DNA of 64,000 nucleotides from Minisyncoccia bacterium (GTDB lineage Bacteria; Patescibacteriota; Minisyncoccia; Phycocordibacterales; PALSA-1337): NCBI GenBank assembly GCA_044234345.1, contig JBIIIW010000001.1, positions 1,766 to 65,765 of the forward strand, read 5' to 3'. Shown piece by piece: positions 8,673 to 17,283 of this stretch (position 1 is its first letter; each line of letters starts with the position of its first letter). The notes under the pieces were generated by a model. It saw only the letters and a program-made list of their open reading frames with translations, ran no database searches and was not told where the DNA came from. The position numbers and the translations under genes were made by a program.

Positions 8673-9969
8673 ACTTTAAACGTCTTAGCGTTTCTTCCTT
8701 CCCTAATATGCCAGACATGGTAAACGGATCTGGAGACTTATCCTTTCCTGATAGGGCATAGCGCATAGGCCAAAGTACATTCCCCTTCCCCTTCGCTTCC
8801 GCAAGAGGCCATATTACAGACTTAACTGACTCTAGAGAAAAGTCATTTACATTCTCCAGCATATCAATTATCGTCTTTAAGTATTCCTTCGTATTAACTA
8901 AATCAGGTTCTTGTTTCCACTTAAGTGCTTCTTTAGGATAGCTTGCTGCTTTAGATACGAATGATAGTTCAGTCTCAAGTACATTACCTATCTCACCGAA
9001 ATTACTTATCTTCTCCTTAATTAAAATAATAACCTTATCCGATGTATTCTCTGGAATATACTTCTGAGCTTTGTTAACAAATTCATCTATAGTCATCTTA
9101 GAAATATATTGCTTGTTGAACCAATTAAGTTTCTCTTCGCTAAATATAGCTCCTGCTTTGTTAACTTTAGAGATATCAAATGTCTCTATTAGTTCATCCA
9201 TACTAAATATCTCCTGTTCTGTTCCAGGATTCCATCCAAGTAAAGCTAGGTAGTTAACAAGAGCTTCAGGTAAGTATCCTTTGTCTCTGTACTCAGTAAC
9301 ACTTACAGCACCATGTCTTCCTGACAGTTTAGACCTATCTGGGGCTAGAATTAGTGGTAAATGGGCATATATTGGCTGCTGTGCGCCTATAGCCTTCTGT
9401 ATGAGTATTTGTCTAGGAGTATTAGATATTCCATCATCTCCACGTATTATATGAGTCACACCCATCTCAAAGTCGTCTATAACTACAGCAAGGTGATATA
9501 GAGGTTCTTCGATATTACGGGCGATTATAAAATCCTCTAGATCTGTAGTATCTATCGTAATATCCCCCCTTATTAAATCAGTAAATGTAATTTTAGTATT
9601 AGGATTTCTAAATCTAACTACTTCATTAACTTGTCCCTTCTTGTCACCTTCCTCAATAGTTTCCTTAGAAATATATGCCTTGTCTTCATCAACTAATTTC
9701 TTTAGGTACTTCTTGTATATATCCAATCTCTCAGATTGTCTCTCAATCTTTTCATTGTCCCATTTAATACCCATCCATACCAAACTTTCTTTCATTACTT
9801 CTTCAAACTCTACCTTAGAACGAGCTTTGTCTGTGTCCTCAAATCTAAAAACTAGTTTACCTCCACTTCCTTTGGCGAATAGGTAATTAAAGAGTGCTGT
9901 TCTAGCACGTCCTAGATGTAGAAATCCTGTTGGGCTTGGTGGAAATCGAGTAATTATGTTTGTAGTCAT
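8653..9969 (-). CDS. gltX: glutamyl-tRNA synthetase
   Basis: ITRFPPSPTGFLHLGRARTALFNYLFA (HIGH-type motif), IIRGDDGISNTPRQILI, and a KMSKS-variant KLSGRHG. 438 aa. Confidence 0.9.
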   Translation of the reverse strand: MTTNIITRFPPSPTGFLHLGRARTALFNYLFAKGSGGKLVFRFEDTDKARSKVEFEEVMKESLVWMGIKWDNEKIERQSERLDIYKKYLKKLVDEDKAYISKETIEEGDKKGQVNEVVRFRNPNTKITFTDLIRGDITIDTTDLEDFIIARNIEEPLYHLAVVIDDFEMGVTHIIRGDDGISNTPRQILIQKAIGAQQPIYAHLPLILAPDRSKLSGRHGAVSVTEYRDKGYLPEALVNYLALLGWNPGTEQEIFSMDELIETFDISKVNKAGAIFSEEKLNWFNKQYISKMTIDEFVNKAQKYIPENTSDKVIILIKEKISNFGEIGNVLETELSFVSKAASYPKEALKWKQEPDLVNTKEYLKTIIDMLENVNDFSLESVKSVIWPLAEAKGKGNVLWPMRYALSGKDKSPDPFTMSGILGKEETLRRLKFAYELL

Positions 9970-10072
9970 TGGGATAATAATATCAGAATATACGACTTCC
10001 TTAGTCTTGACATTGTGTTATAAAGTGATATGTTATTTGAGATTGCTCTTATAACACTGAATCACTCATAAC

Positions 10073-10339
10073 ATGTTTAGTCCAAATTTTGCGAAATACG
10101 TAGCTCAAATCTACTCAACACGGATCAATGGACTAGCTAGAACCGAATTCCTTACTAAGCTTCGGGATAGGCCACATTTGATTCTCGACAGTCTCTTTAG
10201 GGATCTAATCGTTCTTGTGGATCTATATGTTGTAAATACTGGGGAAACGGTTCAAGTAGTCGACAACCCCGGAGAAATGGCAACATACGTAGATTCCTTC
10301 AGAGAACACTTCAAATCTGAAATTGCCGCTCTTAGCTGA
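10073..10339 (+). CDS. small hypothetical protein, tandem paralog A
   Basis: 88 aa with ...FLTKLRDRPHLIL...YVDSFREHFKSEIAAL. Own TTGACA-type promoter (around 10004) and own terminator. Confidence 0.55.
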   Translation: MFSPNFAKYVAQIYSTRINGLARTEFLTKLRDRPHLILDSLFRDLIVLVDLYVVNTGETVQVVDNPGEMATYVDSFREHFKSEIAALS

Positions 10340-10350
10340 GCTCGGCTTCA

Positions 10351-10378
10351 CGCCACCATCGAACATGGTGGCGTTTTT
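10351..10378 (+). terminator. intrinsic terminator of paralog A
   Basis: cgccaccatcgaacatggtggcg followed by ttttt. Confidence 0.7.
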
Positions 10379-10478
10379 ATATACAAAAAACACCCCAACA
10401 TTGTCCTTGTTACTTCAATTGCTCTTGACTCTAATGTAATTAAGTGATATAAACTTTAGCATACAACAACAAGTTCTT

Positions 10479-10760
10479 ATGACCACAAAACAGATAGCTT
10501 TCAGTATCTCGACATATGTCAGATACAGCATGAACAGTCAAAGAAAAGAAGCATTCCTCGAATCACTTTTAGGTCCTAAACATTTAGCTATAAGAGCGAT
10601 AACAGACGTATTCCATATTCTCTGTAGAGCACACAGATTAAAAACTGGGAAAGAAATGGTTGGTAGGTATAGTCCAACCCTGTTTGAAGATCTATACTCG
10701 GCAGTCATTCTAGAGCTTCAGGATGAAATCTGGAATTTGCCAATTGCATTTGCTGCATAG
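10479..10760 (+). CDS. small hypothetical protein, tandem paralog B
   Basis: 93 aa with FLESLLGPKHLAI... Promoter TTGACT-N17-TATAAA upstream, terminator downstream. Confidence 0.5.
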   Translation: MTTKQIAFSISTYVRYSMNSQRKEAFLESLLGPKHLAIRAITDVFHILCRAHRLKTGKEMVGRYSPTLFEDLYSAVILELQDEIWNLPIAFAA

Positions 10761-10773
10761 ATTGACATACATA

Positions 10774-10798
10774 AAGCGCCTTAACGGGCGCTTTAATC
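10774..10798 (+). terminator. intrinsic terminator of paralog B
   Basis: aagcgccttaacgggcgctt followed by taatctt. Confidence 0.55.
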
Positions 10799-10863
10799 TT
10801 GACGTGATGGTATAGCATGATATGTTATTTTAAACTGCTCCTAAAACATCTAAGCTTAATACC

Positions 10864-11127
10864 ATGTTAGATCAATCGTTTTTGAATTATGTCTCCGAGG
10901 GAGTCTTTGCTACTCTAACGGATAAAGGTAGGAGAGGATTTCTCCTGGCTCTCAGAGATTGCCCTGAAATACTTGTGTGGGGAGTTGAAGAATATCTTCT
11001 CAAATATATCCGCGAGTTTAACGCTGATAATGAAGAACCATGTATCGTTAGGATGGAATACAAAACCTACAAGGAGATCGTTGACCATTACCGGATCCAT
11101 TTTAAGGACCAAATCGATGCTCTATAG
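10864..11127 (+). CDS. small hypothetical protein, tandem paralog C
   Basis: 87 aa with FLLALRDCPEILV...IVDHYRIHFKDQIDAL. Clearly homologous to paralog A. Confidence 0.55.
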   Translation: MLDQSFLNYVSEGVFATLTDKGRRGFLLALRDCPEILVWGVEEYLLKYIREFNADNEEPCIVRMEYKTYKEIVDHYRIHFKDQIDAL

Positions 11128-11135
11128 TAGCTCGG

Positions 11136-11166
11136 TACCACCACTTGTTTTGTTGGTGGTATTTTT
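11136..11166 (+). terminator. intrinsic terminator of paralog C
   Basis: taccaccacttgttttgttggtggta followed by ttttt. A second hairpin at 11176..11195 (aagcgcccgcaaaggcgctt) serves the convergent minus-strand gene. Confidence 0.65.
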
Positions 11167-11217
11167 GTATACAAAAAGCGCCCGCAAAGGCGCTTTTTGC
11201 TACTTCAATCTAGAGTA

Positions 11218-11724
11218 TTATCCCTTGATCTCTGTTACTGTTGAACTAACTCTGAAAAGCTTCATGATAACGTTTCCAGCAGCATCCTTTAGAGGCATGT
11301 CCTTTGCAGCATCAAATACTTTGTTTCCATCTGTATCTGCGTGTATAACTGCATAGTATACTCCACCTTCAACTGTTGAAGACTTTAGAGTAACCTTTCC
11401 TGGGTTGATACCCTTGTCGAAATACTGTGATCCTAGAATATCTCCTGGTGTTCCTGCCTTGTCATTCTTAACAACTACGAAACCTGGGTTTACTAGTTGT
11501 ACTGATGAAAGGTATACGATGTTACCTGGGAATTGATCTGTAACAACAACACGATTAGTATCCTTTGAAACTACTAGAGATGAATCATCTGTGTTTGTAG
11601 AATCATCAACTACTGGTGTACTACTTCCCTTGAATGTGTAGTATCCAAGCAAAACTAAAACTATGATAACAATAACTGTTACCACCCACTGCCATGTTCT
11701 TACTCCATTTGATTCTGGTTGCAT
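11218..11724 (-). CDS. hypothetical membrane-anchored secreted protein
   Basis: 168 aa with an N-terminal TM helix (WQWVVTVIVIIVLVLLGYY) and a Thr/Asp-rich beta-rich ectodomain. Confidence 0.5.
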   Translation of the reverse strand: MQPESNGVRTWQWVVTVIVIIVLVLLGYYTFKGSSTPVVDDSTNTDDSSLVVSKDTNRVVVTDQFPGNIVYLSSVQLVNPGFVVVKNDKAGTPGDILGSQYFDKGINPGKVTLKSSTVEGGVYYAVIHADTDGNKVFDAAKDMPLKDAAGNVIMKLFRVSSTVTEIKG

Positions 11725-11773
11725 TTTTTTATTTATTAATGTTAATAACTGATTGGACCATTATACCACCTAG

Positions 11774-12910
11774 TTACTCGTGCTTCAAGCAAGTTTCAAG
11801 TATAACTTCTGCAATTTTTCCTGCAGCGTCAGTATGGCTAAAAGACTTAGCTCCTTGGACCATACGGTCCTTAATACCCTGATTATTCACGATTCTGTCA
11901 ATCTCTGAGACCAAAATATGAGAACTTAGGTTATGTTCTTCGATAACTGTACAAGCACCACTACGAGCGTATGCAAAAGCATTCTTTGTCTGATCATGAC
12001 TAACCTTTTCTGATATAGGAACTATGATTGATGGTAATCCCCATGCTGATATCTCAAATATTGTTGAACCAGCTCTTGAAATCACTATACTAGAAGCACC
12101 TGCTGCCATACGCATAGCAAGATCGTTTAGATAGTCGAAGGTATGGTATCTATATGACATAGGATTGTCCTTCAATATGATGCCAGTTGTCTGCTTAACA
12201 CTCTCAAAGTTATTCCTCCCTGTCTGGTGTATTACCTGATACTTCTTTACAAGTTCATCAATGCTATCAATTATACAATCATTAATTATTTGTGATCCCT
12301 GAGACCCTCCCATAACAAATATTACTGGAGTATTGTCCTCTAGATTAAGGAATTCCTTAGCACCATTTGAGAGAGGTTCAACAATCTCTTTTCTAATTGG
12401 ATTACCAGTAAATGCAACTTTACCCAATGCCTTCTGTCTTGGGAACATATCCCCTGCTTCTGGATATGACACTGCGATTTTGATAGCGAACTTCGATGCC
12501 CACCTATTAACCATTCCAGGTGTGCTATCAGACTCATGAACTATAACGGGAATACGGAGAATACGAGCTGCAAATACTGCTGGAAAACTAGGATATCCAC
12601 CCTTACAGAAAACTACATCAGGATATAGCTTGTAGAGCTTTATAGTTGCACTAATAACGCCAGTTAGTGTCTTAATTGCGTCTGTAATATTTAGTAGAGA
12701 GAAATATCTCCTAATCTTACCAGCTGGGACCTGTATGTACTCTATCTCGTTATCAAACAATGCTCGAGCATTGTATCTAGAAGTAGACATGAAGTATAGC
12801 TTGGGAGGTAGAATCTTCTTCTCAACTATCTTGTCATTAATTGCTTGCGCTACAGCTATGATTGGATAGAAATGCCCTCCTGTTCCTCCTCCTGTAAAAA
12901 GTATTTTCAT
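11774..12910 (-). CDS. murG: undecaprenyldiphospho-muramoylpentapeptide beta-N-acetylglucosaminyltransferase
   Basis: MKILFTGGGTGGHFYPIIAVAQAI, a GT28 signature. 378 aa. Adjacent to ftsW. Confidence 0.9.
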   Translation of the reverse strand: MKILFTGGGTGGHFYPIIAVAQAINDKIVEKKILPPKLYFMSTSRYNARALFDNEIEYIQVPAGKIRRYFSLLNITDAIKTLTGVISATIKLYKLYPDVVFCKGGYPSFPAVFAARILRIPVIVHESDSTPGMVNRWASKFAIKIAVSYPEAGDMFPRQKALGKVAFTGNPIRKEIVEPLSNGAKEFLNLEDNTPVIFVMGGSQGSQIINDCIIDSIDELVKKYQVIHQTGRNNFESVKQTTGIILKDNPMSYRYHTFDYLNDLAMRMAAGASSIVISRAGSTIFEISAWGLPSIIVPISEKVSHDQTKNAFAYARSGACTVIEEHNLSSHILVSEIDRIVNNQGIKDRMVQGAKSFSHTDAAGKIAEVILETCLKHE

Positions 12911-12913
12911 ATA

Positions 12914-14011
12914 TTATTCTTTAATTTGATATTTAGAAATATTAGCAATAATACCAACTGCTCCGAGAATAACTATAAGTGCAGTTCCTCCGTGACTTAC
13001 AAACAATAATGGCATTCCTGAAAGTGGTATTATACCAAGCATTGATGAGATATTCATAAAAGTCTCAATCATGATCAGTATAGCAATTCCAACTACTGTA
13101 AGTCTACCAAATGAGTCTGGTGAACGAACAGATATCTTAATTGATCTAATGAAGAAGAGGAGAAATATAGAGATTAGAATTACACTACCTAAGAAACCGA
13201 ATTCTTCAGCTGATACTGCAAATATTGAGTCACCTATAGGTTCTGGAAGATAGTTAAACTTCTGTATACTCTGTCCAAAGCCTCTACCAATGATCTGACC
13301 AGAACCTATGGCAATCAAAGACTGATTAATCTGATATCCTCCAGCTTGAGTATCTGTAGCACCTGTTAAGAAGGTTATAACTCTCTGTCTTGCATATGGA
13401 CGTACATACACTACAGTTGCCAACATTGCCAACATAACGATTCCAAGTATTAGCATATGACGTATCCGAGCTCCAGCGATGAATAGCATAACTAATCCAG
13501 TACTACCGATAACAACCAATGTGTCAGTATCAGATTGAGCTAGTAGTAGTACCCCGAGTATTCCAACGATTAGAGCATATGGCAATATTCCAAGCTTCCA
13601 TGTACTAACCTTCTCCTTAACTCCAGATAGCCAAGCTGCAAGATAAATGATAAAGGCTATCTTAAGAAATTCGGACGGTTGGAACGTAACAAAACCAAGA
13701 TCTATCCATCTACTAGCGCCACCATGGTTAAGCGTCAGGAATGGGATGAATAATAGTAGGTTGATAGATATTGCTATCATCAAAATATAGAATGAATACT
13801 TTCTAAATATTTTGTAATGGATCTTGGAGGCTATAAAGAAAGCAACTGATCCGATGATAAGACTAATCGTTTGGTTTAACGCTACAGACTGAAAAGTAGC
13901 CCCACTACGAGCGAGGAGTCCTAGAGATGCAGAAGAAAAGATAAAAAAACCTACAACAGATAGTAGGATAATGGATGCTAAAAATACCCTATCAATTTTG
14001 GCTTGATTCAT
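12914..14011 (-). CDS. ftsW: SEDS-family peptidoglycan polymerase FtsW/RodA
   Basis: About 10 TM helices. SEDS motifs NHGGASRWI, QPSEFLK, AVSAEEFGFLG, GIIPLSGMPLLFVSHGG. Position next to murG favours ftsW. Confidence 0.85.
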   Translation of the reverse strand: MNQAKIDRVFLASIILLSVVGFFIFSSASLGLLARSGATFQSVALNQTISLIIGSVAFFIASKIHYKIFRKYSFYILMIAISINLLLFIPFLTLNHGGASRWIDLGFVTFQPSEFLKIAFIIYLAAWLSGVKEKVSTWKLGILPYALIVGILGVLLLAQSDTDTLVVIGSTGLVMLFIAGARIRHMLILGIVMLAMLATVVYVRPYARQRVITFLTGATDTQAGGYQINQSLIAIGSGQIIGRGFGQSIQKFNYLPEPIGDSIFAVSAEEFGFLGSVILISIFLLFFIRSIKISVRSPDSFGRLTVVGIAILIMIETFMNISSMLGIIPLSGMPLLFVSHGGTALIVILGAVGIIANISKYQIKE

Positions 14012-14552
14012 CTTGTTTGTTATCTGCTTGTTTAAAATTCTCTATATCCTTCTTTACCTGTTCAAAGTCTGGTAGATCTTCTATTCTTCCAATACCAAGA
14101 TACGATAGTAACTCTATACTAGGCTTGTATAGATAGCTTCTTTGATCAGCCTCATTCTCAACTTTCTCTATAAGCCCCCTTACTAATAGATTTCGTAGTA
14201 TAAACTGAGAGTTAACTCCACGTATGTAATCTATACCAGCTCTAGATATTGGTCCCTGATATAGCACAATAGACAATGTCTCAAGTCCTGCCTTACCAAG
14301 ATCTCTACTCAACTCCTCTTTGTTCAGTGTCTCAATTAATGACGATACTTCCTTAGATGTTCCAAGTGATACATTGTCATCAAGTTCGATAATAGTTATA
14401 CCTCTTCCGTTAAGCATATCTCTTAGACTACCTACCGCCTTCTTAACTGTATCAATATCAGTATTTAATATAGTTGAAATCTTTTTAAGAGAAATAGCTT
14501 CTCCTTTCCAGAATAGTAGTGCTTCAATTTGTGATTCAAGTGATAGAGACAT
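13992..14552 (-). CDS. scpB: segregation and condensation protein B
   Basis: IEALLFWKGEAISLKKIS... and a winged-helix tandem typical of ScpB. Precedes scpA. Confidence 0.8.
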   Translation of the reverse strand: MSLSLESQIEALLFWKGEAISLKKISTILNTDIDTVKKAVGSLRDMLNGRGITIIELDDNVSLGTSKEVSSLIETLNKEELSRDLGKAGLETLSIVLYQGPISRAGIDYIRGVNSQFILRNLLVRGLIEKVENEADQRSYLYKPSIELLSYLGIGRIEDLPDFEQVKKDIENFKQADNKQDESSQN

Positions 14553-14567
14553 GTGATAATTATAGCA

Positions 14568-15302
14568 TTACATATCGTATCTAGGCACACCCACTTCTTT
14601 GGTCTCCATATGTATATCTCCAAAGTGATTCTCCTGACTTACATGCAATATTCCCTGCTTAACTAATTCAAGCATAGCAAGGAAGCTTACGATAACATTA
14701 ACTTTTTCTTCTTTGCTTACATTTGCGAAGTCACTAAACTTCATACGTAATCCTTGAGTAATACGTTTTGTAAGGTTATCAATAGTTTCTTCAAGACTAA
14801 TAACTTTACGCACAACAGCTTTAGGTATATTTTCTTTCTTAGGTAGGGATTTAATTATGTCCTTTATAGACTGAGCTAGTGATAGCAGATTCATTGATTC
14901 ATGAGGAGAGAATATTGTCTCGATTGGTCTTGATTGAGATTGGGGGTAAATGATATTTACTCCAAACATATTCTTAATATTAACACTAGCATCCTTAATT
15001 CTCTGATATATCTTCAATCTAGTTTCTAGATCATGTATTCCCTCTTCTTCCTCTTCGGTTAGTGTAAGTGTTGGAAGTAGAGATTTGGATTTAATTAAAA
15101 GTAGAGTGGATGCGATGAGTATGAACTGAGCAGAATCTGCCATAGGCATATTCTCGAAGTTTTGTATGTGAGCAATGAAGTCATCTGTCACCTTAGACAA
15201 TGCTATATCGTTGATGAATAGCTTCCTCTTCTCCACTAGAGAAAGTAGAAGATCTAGAGGACCTTCGAACACTTCAGTTTTGATGGTGAATACATCTGGC
15301 AT
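14568..15302 (-). CDS. scpA: segregation and condensation protein A
   Basis: FEGPLDLLLSLVEKRKLFINDIALSKVTDDF matches the ScpA kleisin N-terminus. Confidence 0.85.
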   Translation of the reverse strand: MPDVFTIKTEVFEGPLDLLLSLVEKRKLFINDIALSKVTDDFIAHIQNFENMPMADSAQFILIASTLLLIKSKSLLPTLTLTEEEEEGIHDLETRLKIYQRIKDASVNIKNMFGVNIIYPQSQSRPIETIFSPHESMNLLSLAQSIKDIIKSLPKKENIPKAVVRKVISLEETIDNLTKRITQGLRMKFSDFANVSKEEKVNVIVSFLAMLELVKQGILHVSQENHFGDIHMETKEVGVPRYDM

Positions 15303-15423
15303 GGGTATATTATAGCAGAAGGTGTCTTGTTGACGCTAAAATCCTTTTTTGGTACTATTCTAGTGTAGTAAACAGTGCCTTCGGGCTGCTCTCTTAAATG
15401 AGAGGATTAGTGAGGAAAGGCTA

Positions 15424-15813
15424 TCAAAGTAACTCTTTGATAGCCTTTCTCGTTATCTCAAACTTCTCCGTATTGAGATAACATATCTTCTCTGTCAGTC
15501 TCTTCGTATCAATCACACGCATTTGTGATATGACTGCACTTGCATTTCTATCTTCAACTATACCTAGTGGTACTCTAAAACGATGTGTATTACTCGATGA
15601 TGTTAGTGGTACTATATAACAAGTATTAAGGCTTAAACTTTTTATGATTAAGACAGGTCTTTGATGTTCTTGCTTATCTCCGTCATGTTCAAAACCAATA
15701 TTTGTTCCAAGTAGACACCACCAAATCTCCCGTTCATTAAAGTTAGGTCCTCTTTTGTTGTTGTGTATGTCTTTCTTCTTGGAATTCCATTTTCCAAAGT
15801 CTTTATCTATCAT
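15424..15813 (-). CDS. MazF/PemK/EndoA-family endoribonuclease toxin-like protein (no adjacent antitoxin evident)
   Basis: REIWWCLLGTNIGFEHDG...QRPVLIIKS...YIVPLTSS...MRVIDTKRLTEKICYLNTEKFEITRKAIKELL aligns with B. subtilis EndoA (VRPVLVIQND...IRTIDKQRLTDKITHLDDEMMDKVDEAL). Terminator hairpin 15418..15448 overlaps the stop. Confidence 0.7.
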   Translation of the reverse strand: MIDKDFGKWNSKKKDIHNNKRGPNFNEREIWWCLLGTNIGFEHDGDKQEHQRPVLIIKSLSLNTCYIVPLTSSSNTHRFRVPLGIVEDRNASAVISQMRVIDTKRLTEKICYLNTEKFEITRKAIKELL

Positions 15814-15994
15814 GCTTAAATGATCTCATGTATTTAAGTATGAGCAAGGGAAAAGTATACAAAAATTTTATCAAAATTTTATCTACTTTGTGGTGTAATT
15901 AATTATATTGACATATAGTCAATATCTGTGTTATATTAGTTTTAATTCGCTTCTTGAAAATTAACCCCTAAAGGCGTATTCGCCATAATACTTT

Positions 15995-17236
15995 ATGCCA
16001 GGTTTAAAATTGTCTCAAGATGTACGACAGTCCTTGTCTCAAGGAATGTCGTTTACCTTAGAAGTCTCTCAGCAACTGTGTGAGGCTTTAAGCGCAATCA
16101 CCAGTGGTGGTCCAGGAGATCCTAAGATAAGGATATCCTCAATCATCGAACAAATACTTGCGTCGATTACTTCTGTTCAGCTTAGGACGGCTGTTACCGA
16201 ATTTGTCAGATCATGCAACGATCTGGACAAAGCACTCGTTGATTCACGTGAATTACTTGCTGTTGCCAGTCCAGACAGGGTCAAGCAGTTCATTGTTGAG
16301 CATATCTTCCGTTCCAATACAGAGAACGGTAGGTTCATTCATGCCAAACAAGATGGAATAGCAACAACTGATGATCTGCCAAAGACAAGAGTAGATCATT
16401 TCCTGAAGGCATACTTTGAACCTAAAAAATTCAAGGTTGCGACCGAAGTATATCATCAAATGCTACAAGGAAGCAGAGGGAATGTTTATAGTGTCGATGA
16501 GTATTCAGAAATGGTTGTTGCTACAAACATGGTGACAGAGATACGATCATTGCTCGATACCGCTTGTCTGGTAATGCAGTATATCTTTCAGGTTAAGAGC
16601 ACTGACGGTTCACCTATTCTTCAGTCATACCTACGTGATTTGGTGATCCTGGAAAATCTACGTTTCTTGTTGTCAGAACGCCTTCTAAAGCGCTATGTAA
16701 ACAGGTTCAAAAAATTACCAGCAAGCGCTCGTCACCAAGATTATGAGGAAATGATTTTAAATACGATTGCGGAGTTTACTCTGCTTAGTATGGGAATCAT
16801 CTCCCCCAACATCTTCGAGCTCAAGCGCGTTCCAAGAGATACAGAACAGTATCAAGGAGTGGTGGAGAGTTTGAAAAAAATTGGTGTTGATCTGGACAGC
16901 TTGATGAAGCGATACCGTTTGTCGACCACCGTTGATATCATTTGGTTCAGCCGGTATTCAACAGCTAAGGTAAGAAGCTGTGCCACTTCGGAAACTGTGG
17001 TAAGGACGTTCATTACCGACACCGTTAGAGCAGACAGGGTTGCCTTATTGGAGGCCGTAGAGTATGAACACCTGTTCGGTAGGATAAAGGAGTCGAAGCA
17101 GGACAATACTGACGACGAAACCTTCGCTGAAGATATCGTGGCTATGCTCAATGAGTCATTATCGGCCCAAAAGTTCCAAGACACACTAATTGCGCTACTG
17201 CGAAAGTGGTATCCCAAGTTTGAGTGTCTATTGTGA
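15995..17236 (+). CDS. hypothetical protein, GC-rich ORFan (413 aa)
   Basis: Long soluble ORF at about 45% GC, Leu/Glu/Arg-rich and predicted helical. No recognisable motif. Divergent from the MazF-like gene and followed by a bidirectional terminator shared with aspS. Confidence 0.6.
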   Translation: MPGLKLSQDVRQSLSQGMSFTLEVSQQLCEALSAITSGGPGDPKIRISSIIEQILASITSVQLRTAVTEFVRSCNDLDKALVDSRELLAVASPDRVKQFIVEHIFRSNTENGRFIHAKQDGIATTDDLPKTRVDHFLKAYFEPKKFKVATEVYHQMLQGSRGNVYSVDEYSEMVVATNMVTEIRSLLDTACLVMQYIFQVKSTDGSPILQSYLRDLVILENLRFLLSERLLKRYVNRFKKLPASARHQDYEEMILNTIAEFTLLSMGIISPNIFELKRVPRDTEQYQGVVESLKKIGVDLDSLMKRYRLSTTVDIIWFSRYSTAKVRSCATSETVVRTFITDTVRADRVALLEAVEYEHLFGRIKESKQDNTDDETFAEDIVAMLNESLSAQKFQDTLIALLRKWYPKFECLL

Positions 17237-17242
17237 ACGACA

Positions 17243-17283
17243 AACCACGCGTACGTTAGACGTATCGCGTGGTTATTTTTTTA
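17243..17283. terminator. bidirectional intrinsic terminator (413-aa ORF / aspS)
   Basis: aaccacgcgtacg..cgtatcgcgtggtt hairpin followed by ttttttt. Confidence 0.6.
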
